Assembly: GCA_002269645.1 (NCBI GenBank) | Contig: NIVC01001340.1 | Location: 323,919-387,918, forward strand | Direction: 5' to 3' | DNA length: 64,000 bases | From: Macrostomum lignano | Taxonomy: Eukaryota | Part shown: positions 40,644-52,085 of the stretch, in pieces | Layout of the letters: each line of letters starts with the position of its first letter | Numbering within the stretch: position 1 is the first letter of the stretch | The notes under the pieces: generated by a model | The model's database searches: none | Seen by the model: the letters and a program-made list of their open reading frames with translations, nothing else | What the model was told of the DNA's origin: nothing | Translations under genes and position numbers: made by a program

Positions 40644-42869
40644 TTTGAATCAGTGCCAGAATTTCCGGGAGTCAAAGTCAATTAGAACAAACTGCCGGTG
40701 CTATGGAAGCTCGGGCTGCTGACTTCATCAAGCTCAGTGTGAGGGTAGCTGTGGTCGTGGCGGAGTGGTTGAGTTTCATGTCCTTTTAAATGCCGGCCAG
40801 ACAGGATTACTCAAAAGCTGAAGAGAAAACAAATGATTTATTCAATACTTAGTAGAATTTTCGGATGTGTTCCTTTTAGTAGGTCACTGCTTCCACCACG
40901 ATAATTCGCGGGAAAATATCCTAAGACTTGCATGGTACGTTAGCTCGTACACTCGAACTAGTCTATATAAGAACTCTTCCTAATTTAGATCGTTGAGATT
41001 GAAGTGCTTTCCGAGCTGCAGGGTCACGAATTGTATCTAGGACATTGATTTCAGTCGGCCCAACGAAAGCGCGCACATGTATTTTACGGCTGAATTTATT
41101 GAAGTTATATCAACGTCACGGCAAGTTAAGATTATAATTGTAACATAATGGGCTGCAGTTGGAATTAAGGTGAAGCTAGCTGAAGTCGACCATGCAACAA
41201 GGATCAGATATAAATCAGGCTTATGTACATATTTATGCAGCTGTAACTGCATGTAACATGTTGGGGACCTCGGGAATCGGGATATTAAGGAAAGGGGTGG
41301 TTCCACGATCGAGTCTGGCCAATAAGGCGGGCGAGCGCAGACTTTTTATAGACTTTCATGAGCCACCAGCAGGTGGGAAAAGGGTTTACACCTTGGTCAT
41401 GGGATCTTTTTAGCGAGTGAAACGCGTGGGACCACCCAGAAGGGCCAATGAAAACAAAGGAGAAAACAAAATTGAAGGAGTGGATGCGCGCGCCTTGAGT
41501 GGAGAAAAGAATTTTCACTTGGAGAATTTTCACACGGAAGAAAAATTATTTGAATGGTAGGAGCGTAGTAGGTTACATATTTTACTACGCGTAAAATTTA
41601 TCGTTACACACCGCGATCGTGTGGCAGAAGTTACACCCAGTGGGGGGGCCACAGCCTTGCACAGTATAAAGGGGCCTCGATCGTTTTATTCATTCAATTT
41701 TAATTCAGTCACTATAAATTTAAATGTGAAAGTATTTCCAAATACTAAAAATGGTCTGTCGGTAGGTATGTGGGTATATGGGTATGTGATCGATTTTAGC
41801 CAAAATGGCTGGACCGATTTTCTGTCCTATACTCGCACAATAATATTCGTATACTCGTAGATTAGAAAGAAAACTTAAGTAGAAACTTGTAAAACAAGAC
41901 TGCTGGCTGCATTCTTTCGTAGTTACGAATGTGCATGCTCCTGAGTTGGAAGTATCATTATGCTGAGTCGAGCAGTAAAATGTCCTAGAATGCCAATGCA
42001 AATATGCCAATTCGCAGACAGGCAAACATGGACGACATGTATATATGTTCTAAAGTGTTTTGATACTCGTACTGTCTAAAATTATTGAAAGAAATTATCC
42101 TATTTCTTGTAATGTCACATTACTGTATACCACCGGTACTCGTACAATTTACATGTATGCATACACATTGCATGCACAGTATACATACTGTATGGTACCG
42201 TGCATATGCAATTCTACCTTCAACCACAAAAGCACTTGCTCATATAATTTACCATTCATTGGTGAAACGGTCTCGTACAGTACCAAGGACTACTAGACGA
42301 AGTGTTCCTAGTGGTCCTTGTACAGTACATGTAGGCTAATTGCATTATTGTGTATCCATGCACACTCTGTATACCTATATAAGCAGGTCAAGAAATCATA
42401 ACCTGGTAGAGAGGCGAGAGAGAGAGAGAGAGAGAAGACAGAGAGAGAGAGAGAGAGAGAGATGGAGAGAGAGAGTTGAGAGTGTGTAGAGAGGCGAGAG
42501 TGGGCGAGAGGTGAGAGTCGACAATTCATACAATTTTTTAACGGTGGAGAGAGGCGACTGAACATGGGTAATACGTGGTAATTAAAACACTGGGTCTAAC
42601 CCCTGATAAGGACGAGTGGATGGGGTATATGATGGGTCATGGGTAAGGTTATCGTTATGGCTTTCTTACCATATATATAAAAGGAGAGTTAGATTCGGTT
42701 GATTCTCGTCATTGACAGAACCAGTACGCGACAGTTAAGTTTGGTTATCTAAAATTAATTTGTCTGTTTGTCGTACTCTGTCCTATCCGGTGGTAAGCAG
42801 TTTTTCTGTTCCAGTACCTGCTATTCGACTAAATCTGTATTAATGAAGTATTAAAAAAAATTCGAAAAC

Positions 42870-43740
42870 CATCGACGACCTGGCGTCCTAGTAACTACGT
42901 AACGGTGCGAGCATGCTAGCACTAAACGAGCGAACTCAAGCGCAGCGTGTGCGAGAGACGACGAAGAGTTAAAACGGAGGAAAACGTTCTAGCAGGAGCG
43001 GGAGGCCCCTGCGGCGGGGCGGGAGAGGGCGCGCCACAGACGGCCTGTGGACACGACGGAACCGGACCGCCTCTTGACCGCTAGGATGAAGTCGGTCGAC
43101 GCGAGAACCCTTCGGAAGACACAATCGCGTCCGGCGGGGGATCTAGAGGTCGACTGCCACTGGACGAGACGGCGATGTAGCGCGTGCGTGCGGACCATTC
43201 GTCCGAGGCCAGGAAGAGGTCGGAGGCTAGGATGCAGGTGCGGCAGAGCAAAGACGTGGTTCGGTGGCCGCGGGGGGAGGGTCGCTTCTGAAGCACGTCG
43301 ACCGGGAGGCGCCTCGGTTTGCAGCTGAAGGATAGCGAGCGCCCGGACGGACAGCCGAAGTAGACCGACGACCTTCGACCGGGAAGGTTTCCGGTTGGTC
43401 AAGCCCAGCTACGGCGTACAGCAGGAAGACGGTGGACAAGCTTCTCAGTGGCGAGACGTGATCCACCAGAGTGGACGTGGACAGTGGTCGGTCCCAACTC
43501 AGGGACCGACCACTGCGGCGAGAAACCGATGCGGCGCCTCCGCTCGAGAGTCGTTCCGTCAAGTAGTCGACGGAAACACGCACAGACCGACGCACGCTGT
43601 AAGGTCGACGCCCAAAAAGGCCGGTTTCGTAGGCCGCACCCCCCCGTCGAAGACGGTAGTTTAGCCGAACAGTCTTAGACTGTAAGCCGGGGAACCTCCG
43701 ACCTCTATCCTGCGACAAGAGACGATGAAAGATGGTCGAG
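42870..43740 (+). mobile_element. (complemented block) Degenerate tyrosine-recombinase retroelement fragment (DIRS/Ngaro-like)
   Basis: Complement reads GLAENWRSYFSQLRSWEAFC, LLCRYIAH..SFSSLRSYVHAVSFLH, FVQLALRGAKR, FSGQSIRRGG, SESDIRPLGGWR*DAVLCY, with frameshifts and stops. IIDALPRS upstream resembles an RNase H end. Confidence 0.8.
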
Positions 43741-44340
43741 ATGGGACAGCGCGGCGGTCGCCGCGAGGTGAAGAAAATACCGAAGCGTCGACGTTCGACG
43801 TAGGTAGGTTAAGACGAAAGGTACGAAAATCAGGAAGAGGAAGGGAAGTAATCTCAACTCTAGGCGAAAGAGCCGGCGGCGGTCAAAAAGGCGTTGGTGA
43901 AACGAAACGAACCGAGGAAGGCCGCACAAATCGTATTTCAAAGCGGATTTGTGTAAATCTGTCCGTAAATGTGTTTAGCCTTCGCACGAAGCCTTCATAG
44001 CCTTCAGCTAGAGAAAACAATTATAAGTATCGATCGAAGATTTTTGCCGAGTAGTCTTTTTTATGAGCAAAACTGGTTTACTTTCACCGTGTTTCGTCTG
44101 TAAGGATGACGTCATTTGGTCGCAGTAATTTTGCTACATGTCGTCGAGTAATTCCTTGTCGGGAGGAAGATTTTTAAGACATTGACGCGGTTTTGGAGTG
44201 AATAAAGTTAACCTGCCACCGTCGCGGCGGTTACCGTCTGTAACGTCTGTTAACACTGCGCTTACTCGATTTTATCTATTTATGCTCATCGTCGTCTTAC
44301 GCCGCGAGAGGCGTAAGGTGTCGTGGCTATGGCTCGGCTT

Positions 44341-45430
44341 TACCTTCGAGAAACCTCTTAGAATTGTCGCTAACGTCGTCAAGACTACGTCTTGAAGCCG
44401 GAACTACTTTGACTTGGCCTCTAGGACTCTCTGTAAGCCAAGCCTTTGTGTTCTTTTTAAAACGCTATGGATGTCTTAGGAAGATTGCAATTATCCGACA
44501 AGTCGTAGTTACTCTACCGTAAGAGTGGCGAAGTGAAACGTACACTTTACCCGTTTCAGTTTTAACAGTTTAACAAGTAAGTTTGGGCTCGACTGCAGCT
44601 CGTCATTGCTCGTCAGTTGCTTTGTGACCGCTCAGTGGAGATATATGACGTAGTGTAATACCGGTTGTGGTTTCAACACTCGTATGAGTAGTTTCGTGTT
44701 CGACTGTAGTTAGAAGTTCTTCAGCTACCGACGAGTGGAGATATGTAACGTAGTGTTTTACCAGTGGTGGTTCAACACTCGAATGAGTAGTTTCGTGTTC
44801 GACTGCAGTTAGAAGTTCTTTTACAAGTACCGAGAAGTGAAGAGATGTAACGTAGTGTTTTACCAGTGGTAATTCAACACTCGAGTGAGTAGCTTCTTCT
44901 TCAACTGCAGTTAGAAGTTGCTTTGTGACCGCTCAGTGGAGAGATGTAACGTAGTGTAAAACCAGTGGTGGTTCAACATGCGCGTGAGTAGTTTCGTGTT
45001 CGACTGCAGTTAGAAGTTGCTTTGTGACCGCTCAGTGGAGAGATGTAACGTAGTGTTTTACCAGTGGTGGTTCAACACTCGAGTGAGTAGTTCCGTGTTC
45101 GACTGCAGTTAGAAGTTGCTTTGTGACCGCTCAGTGGAGAGATGTAACGTAGTGTAATACCGGTTGTGGTTCAACACTCGTATGAGTAGTTTCGTGTTCG
45201 ACTGCAGTTAGAAGTTCTTCAGCTACCGACGAGTGGAGAGATGTACCGTAGTGTATTACCGGTAATGGTTCAACACTCGAGTGAGTAATTTCGTGTTCGG
45301 ATGCAGTTAGAAGTTCATTTGTGACCGCTCAGTGGAGAGATGTAACGTAATGTCTTACCAGTGGTGGTTCAACACTCGTGTGAGTAGTTTCGTGTCCGAC
45401 TGCAGTTACAATGACCTCACGACGGGATTC
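44341..45430 (+). pseudogene. (complemented block) Ankyrin-repeat ORF, about 9 repeats, with stops and frameshifts
   Basis: Complement: MEALWRILT..., FSPLHFACEMGKVKIVKLFI, then 99-bp units encoding NTGESPLYIASQNGHHQVVSSLIKAQADVNLQ. TAA near 44605 and 44870 and indels in the first repeats. Confidence 0.85.
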
Positions 45431-45495
45431 GATGTATTTATTCAGTTAATTGGGAAGATCTTCACGTACAAAGATGGTTTGTTGACTGTAAATTC

Positions 45496-47622
45496 TACGT
45501 CAGGCTAGCTTAGTCTCGACTCGCTCGTCGACGTGAGTCGTGACCTCGTCAGTCCGAAGTGGCTTAGGGCTCGGCGTAACGTCTCGCGTCGACGACTACG
45601 GGACGTCGTCTAATATTCTTCACCTGGTTTGTTACTACTGAATTAAAAACAGCAGCCGTCGATGAGTCTTCCGACCCCGTTGTCGGACTGCTGTGACCTG
45701 CCGTCTTGACTGCGGTTAAGGCTGTAACTACACTACGTCAACTAAGGGCCGGCTCTTATGGTGGTCTCTCCGGACACGCTCACGCTACCTCGAGGCCTCG
45801 TCGTTCTCAACCACTTGCCCGTGTAAGTCACGAATCCTAAGCCACTCAAGAGAAAACCCCTCACTCTACCAGACACAAGACAATCAAGACAACACTAAAG
45901 ATCTCTAAGACCGTCACATCTGCAAACGAAAGACACACGTTTCGTAACCACGTCTTTAATAGCGATTTACGTACCAGGGTACGACATGCGAGTAATAAGT
46001 TGCGAAGCTTCAGTAATAAATTCCGATGATATTATGTAAGTACTCTGTTATACAGTTATACATCCAACTGTTACTAATTAAAAATACTCACCGCTTCGTG
46101 TGATGGTATTAACGGTTGGATGGTAACATTGTGCTATATTAGTACATAATTTAAGGTATCAGATACCGGTACAGAGTAGAGTGCATCTGTTACCTGTACC
46201 GGTATGTTTTTTGCCATATAATTTACATAAACATTGGCTTAGCAAAAATGTCGGAGGTTAGGACGAAAACGTTGTGGGCCTAAGTGTGACTCCGGTCGTG
46301 ACCTGTTACAGAGGCGTACGGCAGAGACGGCGATGGGCGGGTAGCGCGGCGACGACGGTTTGGCGCAGAGGTTGTAGGGGGTAGGGCAGAACCTCCGGGA
46401 GGCCTTCCACGAGTGGAGGCGGAGTAACGGGACGGTGCACCACGTGCGTCGGAGAGGACTAGCTGTCCCACTTCTCGAGGCGCACTCGTGGTCGAAGGAC
46501 CTCTTGGCCTACGACGCTTCAGAGAGATGGGACGTTCCAGTTGACAAGCAGTGTGAGTTCATGGACCAGTTCTTCCAGTAGACAGTGTTCTTACCGAAGT
46601 TAGTCGTTCCGAACTTCAGGATGGTGCACTTCTGGTAGTGGAAGGCTTACCACCTGCTCTGCGGCCAGCTCGTCACCTTCTTCCTCTTGGAGCACTCAGA
46701 GTGCTCTGTCAGCGACGTCTACGACGAGCTGACACACCTCTTCTCGGCTCTCGTCCTGTCTGTTTGTGGACTGTGTGGACTGGCTAGAGCCCCAGCGTAG
46801 TACTTAGTAAAGAAAGAGTCGCTACACCGGTAGATGGAGTTCCCACGCCTGTTCCTCTCTCGCCTGGTCGTAAACCTGCCGTAGTACTCGTGTGACTCTT
46901 GTCATTAACTAGCCGACGGGGTCGACGACGTCGTCAAGTAGCCGTCAGAGTCTGGACACTCGCTGAGTCCGTGTAAGATGAAGGTGGGCAAGGTTTAGGC
47001 CGGCTTATACTCAGGCGACGGGGAGTGATTCAGGTCACGAGAGCTCATGATAGTCTAGATGCTGCACCACTCTCTCACAGACCACGCAGAGAGAACGTCA
47101 CTGACGTCGGGCGCTAGAGTCCTCAGCGAGTGTCTCGACTAACGGTCTGACGGTCTGACGCGGGAGAGTCGTGCCCTCCGAGAGTCTCGCGACCGAACGG
47201 ACTTCAAGCCGCTGGCTCCTTGACGTCTCTCTCAGCACTCGAGCACGAGTTCAGTGAGCCACTCGTCTCCGTATCGAACCAGAGCACTCTTCAGCCGCTG
47301 ACTTCGCTGACTCCTCAAGCACTACGCCGTAGACTCCTCGGCGCTGAGCCGCACCTTCAAAACGAAAGCCAACCTGGTCGCTGGCTTTGAGCTTAAGAAC
47401 CGTCCTCGAGATTCCCGCACGAAAGGGGAGGCCAACAGTCCGTCATTGATAAAGATGTACTTGAAGCTGCGAGACGACACCCGAGACGCCGAGCTCGACG
47501 CCTGACTAGCTCTTCGAGCGCGAGTCCTGACCTAGGCCCTACACCGACTCTCTCTCCTGAGCCTACTCGTCCTCGACGTCCAACGGCAAAAAATAAGAAG
47601 CTTAGGCCTCGTCAAAGACATT
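45496..47622 (+). CDS. (complemented block) Mab-21/cGAS-like nucleotidyltransferase (cGLR-type), 2 exons
   Basis: Complement: exon about 45500-45842 has VVGSYSEG...NSDIDVM and ends G|gtgag. Exon 46253-47622 (ttttacag| acceptor, phase 1) is open for 455 codons with ALDNV, LRVSTSFLE, LKSYHVKT, EQWKKENL, MNHFF. The frame stays open after the TAA until 47721. Start codon unclear. Confidence 0.85.
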
Positions 47623-49589
47623 TATAAATTCTTCGACCTCTACTTCTCTCGTTTAGAAGAGCTGACCGACTACTCCTCTGAAGCTTTTATAGTTCGTTTA
47701 TTGGTGTCCTTAAAACACATTTTTTGCTTTCGAGAGAATGAACACTCGTCCATTAAATAAAAAAAAATTAAAATAGAATTTAACAAATTGAACTAAAAAT
47801 TCACGGCTCTTAATTGTGCTGACGGGTCTCACGTGATGTCCATTTGTTTTAGTAAATGGCTTTAAACGAGAGTTTAGATAACTTCTTACTGATCGTCACG
47901 TCCTATAGTCGATAAGTTATGCTAAAAGTTATATGTCTGTTTCAGCTTTAGAGGCTCTTGAAATCGAGTATTCGCATAAGATGAAAGTCAAAAAATAATT
48001 CTTAAATTTATTATTAATATTGTTATCGTCAGTAACATCAACTTAATCAACAGTTCGTTACGGAAAACGGGCCTAAATAACTTTATCACGTAAGAAACTT
48101 AAGCAGAGATAAATCATTACACTATCTTACCAATTTAATGACAAACGAAACGGTTTCTTTTTTTATTTTACACGACTTGAGCGGCATCCCTCGCACAAAT
48201 CTCTCCGGCCGAGTTGGAGTTCGTCATCGATTAATAGCGATAAGAGTCCGGACGTGAAGTAAGACGGTCGGAAAGACGTCAGATGTCCGCTCGCAACTCG
48301 TCGGAGACGCCAACGGCCCCTGTTACTTGTTACGACACGAGCCAGAACGACAAACTAACTTACGAAACTTACGACAAACTCATCACTCGACCTAATCTCA
48401 AAGTTAGATCGGTCTGAGCGCCAAAATAACAGAGACTCCGTGTCGCGCGCCAACCCACTAAGTTCTCTGGTCACAACCCAAACAACCGCTTGAGTTTCGT
48501 CAAAAGAGAATCGTGAGCGTCGCGCTATTAGGACGTCGACGAGAAGAAATCTACGTCACAGATGTCCTGTTTAAATTCTTCGACCCCAAAGATATTTTGC
48601 GCAATGGGTAGTTTTAATCTCTACTACTTTACGTAGACGTCTGAGAATTCAATTATTTATAAGCGTGCTCCCGACGTGCGTGGGACCGCGTTGCGGAAGA
48701 CGCTGTAGCACGGAGTCGGTCGCGACTGCCGCTAAGACGGGTAAGGCAACTGAGGACTCGTGTACGTTTGTAGAGTTATGACACTCGTCCGTGAGTGAGT
48801 ATGTGTCCGAGTGTGTCCCACGGGACTTGAAAGATTAGCTGTCCGTACATGTGGGATACGTAAACCCCAACCCAGGTCATACCACGTGAACATCCACGAG
48901 TCCTAGACCCGCACCGGTAGTTGTCGGTTAAAGTTATTAGCTTTAAAATTAGAACTCAGCTAGCTAAGAGAGTAATTCGGACCAGGAGAGAGCGCGGAAG
49001 ATGGAAGAAAAAATGAGAGAGGGGGTCAGAGTAGGTCTTCTCTTACTTTTATTCAAACCGAACACATTTTATAATAACGTCTCTCCGATGCGTTCTCTCG
49101 AATCACAGCGGCTTCGCCGTCGTTTTACGCTTTAGACTCCCGAGATATATAAAATATAGATAAGATAGATCCTGATATCTTAGGAAGTTAAGAGTTGTCG
49201 TCATATTGTTCCAAAGTAAAGGATAATAGAAGACGAATGTACTGTCTTTCTGAAAATTTGTGTTACCGGAGATTTTCGGGATAACACTCACACTCCGTGT
49301 TACGTTTCGTTACCTACGAAACTTGGGGGAGGGGTTTCGTAAACGACGCTCAGAGAAGACACGGTGCGCAAGCGTCCGACGACCGAGCCGGGAGTTTGAA
49401 GTCGAAGCAATAACAGGAAAAACCCGTAACTCCGGCCGACCAGACCTCGACCCGACGAACCTACCGACGCCAGCCCTGCTCATCTCCACCGACGAAAAAG
49501 GCGAGGCCACACTCGACGCGAAGAGGTTAAGAAATTCGAACGTATAGACGAGGCTAAGGACAGTTAGTTGACGAGTGATCTGACGAATG

Positions 49590-49930
49590 GTGAGAGACTT
49601 GACGAAGGCGAGAGACTTGACGAAGGTGAGAGACTTGACGAAGGTGAGAGATTTGACGAAGGTGAGAGACTTGACGAAGGTGAGAGACTTGACGAAGGTG
49701 AGAGACTTGACGAAGGCGAGAGACTTGACGAAGGCGAGAGACTTGACGAAGGTGAGAGACTTGACGAAGGTGAGAGATTTGACGAAGGTGAGAGATTTGA
49801 CGAAGGTGAGAGACTTGACGAAGGTGAGAGACTTGACGAAGGCGAGAGACTTGACGAAGGTGAGAGACTTGACGAAGGCGAGAGACTTGACGAAGGCGAG
49901 AGACTTGACGAAGGCGAGAGACTTGACGAC
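49590..49930. repeat. 18-bp tandem repeat (gacgaaggtgagagactt as written)
   Basis: Directly visible; inside the complemented block. Confidence 0.95.
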
Positions 49931-50539
49931 AGGTTTGTCCACTGTGACTAGGACTCGTGTGAATGTTCGCGCGGATACGACAATAATGGTTTCAACTCGG
50001 ATTTGTCTTTTAATAAACCGTATACTTTATTTTCGATGTATGAGAGATGTGTGATGAGAACATCTCTCCTCAAGTCATCCGTTCATCGCTTTAAATTAAA
50101 GCTTTAATAAAACAAACCGTTTTAACACTTTTAATCCATTATTATTAATTCTCGTTAAATAATCGAAATGGAGCCGGTTATAAACTAAAAAACTACCCGC
50201 GGGAACAGAGGACCATATATACCAGGAAAACAATTCAATTATTACTTCAAACGTTACTTGTTGACCATTTGTACTACTTCCTGACAATTAGAAAGACAGG
50301 TAAATATCGTCAGCAACGGCAGTTCACACCTGTAACATTATCGAGTATAGGTTAAGCGAGAAGGCGAATTCTCGGTACGACTGAAAGTAGCTGTGTAGGG
50401 CAAGCCACAAGGTGTTGAGGCTGTCGTCAACCACTGGCGGAAACGAAAGATGTAGCCGTTTGAACGACTCGGGTTGTCCAAGTGTGGACGTGAAAGACTT
50501 TATCCTTATTTCTCTCGAGCCGTCGATTTTCGACTTTTC

Positions 50540-51360
50540 GAGAAGGGAGAAGAGAGAAGAGTAGAGAGGAGAGAAGATAGGGAGAAAGGAGAGGGGAGAA
50601 GAGAGGGGAGAAGAGAGGGGAGAAGAGAGGGAGAAGAGGAGGAGAAGAGAGGGGAAAAGAGGGGGAGAAGAGAAGGGAGAAGAGGGGAGAAGAGAGGGGA
50701 GAAGAGAGGGGAGAAGAGGGGAGAAGAGAAGGGAAAAGAGGGGGAGCAGAGGAGGAGAAGAGAAGGGAAAAGAGGGGGAGAAGAGAAGGGAGAAGAGGGG
50801 AGAAGAGAGGGGAGAAGAGAGGGGAGAAGAGGGGGGAGAAGAGGGGAGAAGAGAAGGGAGAAGAGGGGGAGAAGAGAGGGAGAAGAGGGGAGAAGAGGGG
50901 AGAAGAGGGGAGAAGAGGGGGGAGAAGAGGGGAGAAGAGAAGGGAGAAGAGGGGGGAGAAGAGAGGGGAGAAGAGGGGAGAAGAGGGGAGAAGAGGGGAG
51001 AAGAGAAGGGAGAAGAGGGGGAGAAGAGAGGGGAGAAGAGGGGAGAAGAGAGGGGAGAAGAGAGGGGAGAAGAGGGGAGAAGAGAAGGGAGAAGAGGGGG
51101 GAGCAGAGGAGGAGAAGAGAAGGGAAAAGAGGGGGAGAAAAGAGGGCAGAAGAGGGGAGAAGAGCGGGAGAAGAGGAGGAGAAGAGAGGAGAGAAGAGAG
51201 AAGGGAGAGAAAAGAGGGGAGAAGAGAGAGGTGATAGAATAAAGAAGAGAGGAGAGAGGGGAGAAAGAGAAGAAGGTAAAAGAGGAAGTAAGAGAAGAGT
51301 GAACAGAAGAGAGAAGGGTAGAGGGTGCAGAGGAGAGAAGAGAGTAGAGAGTAAAAGAAA
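50540..51360. repeat. Purine-only low-complexity tract (as written)
   Basis: gagaagagggga-type units. Confidence 0.93.
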
Positions 51361-51484
51361 AGGACGAGGAAAGGTGAGAGTAGACGGGGCCCAGTTACTC
51401 GTCGATCCTAAGAAAGAGACCAGGAGCTCTATTTTTCTCAAACGACTGGGAATATTTTGGTTCTTTCTAAGAAGACAATTCGTA

Positions 51485-52025
51485 CTTGTAGAGAGTGACT
51501 CGTAGAGAGTGACTCGTAGAGAGTGACTCGTAGAGAGTGACTCGTAGAGAGTAATTCGTAGAGAGTGACTCGTAGAGAGTAATTCGTAGAGAGTAATTCG
51601 TAGAGAGTGACTCGTAGAGAGTGATTCGTAGAGAGTGACTCGTAGAGAGTAATTCGTAGAGAGTAATTCGTAGAGAGTAATTCGTAGAGAGTGACTCGTA
51701 GAGAGTGACTCGTAGAGAGTGATTCGTAGAGAGTAATTCGTAGAGAGTAATTCGTAGAGAGTGACTCGTAGAGAGTGACTCGTAGAGAGTGATTCGTAGA
51801 GAGTGACTCGTAGAGAGTAATTCGTAGAGAGTGACTCGTAGAGAGTAATTCGTAGAGAGTGACTCGTAGAGAGTGACTCGTAGAGAGTGACTTGTAGAGA
51901 GTAATTCGTAGAGAGTGATTCGTAGAGAGTGACTCGTAGAGAGTGACTCGTAGAGAGTGACTCGTAGAGAGTGACTCGTAGAGAGTGACTCGTAGAGAGT
52001 GACTTGTAGAGAGTAACGCGTAGAG
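51485..52025. repeat. 14-bp tandem repeat (gtagagagtgactc as written)
   Basis: Directly visible. Confidence 0.95.
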
Positions 52026-52085
52026 AATAGAAGATTCTACCTTTTAAAATGTCTGAGCCGATGTACTTTTGTTCAAGTCTACGTG

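Noticed and set aside
40741-42050. Earlier start of the complemented block
   Set aside because: Word usage is mixed but mostly normal (e.g. 41160-41280 and 41880-42050), so the left junction was placed later and left approximate.
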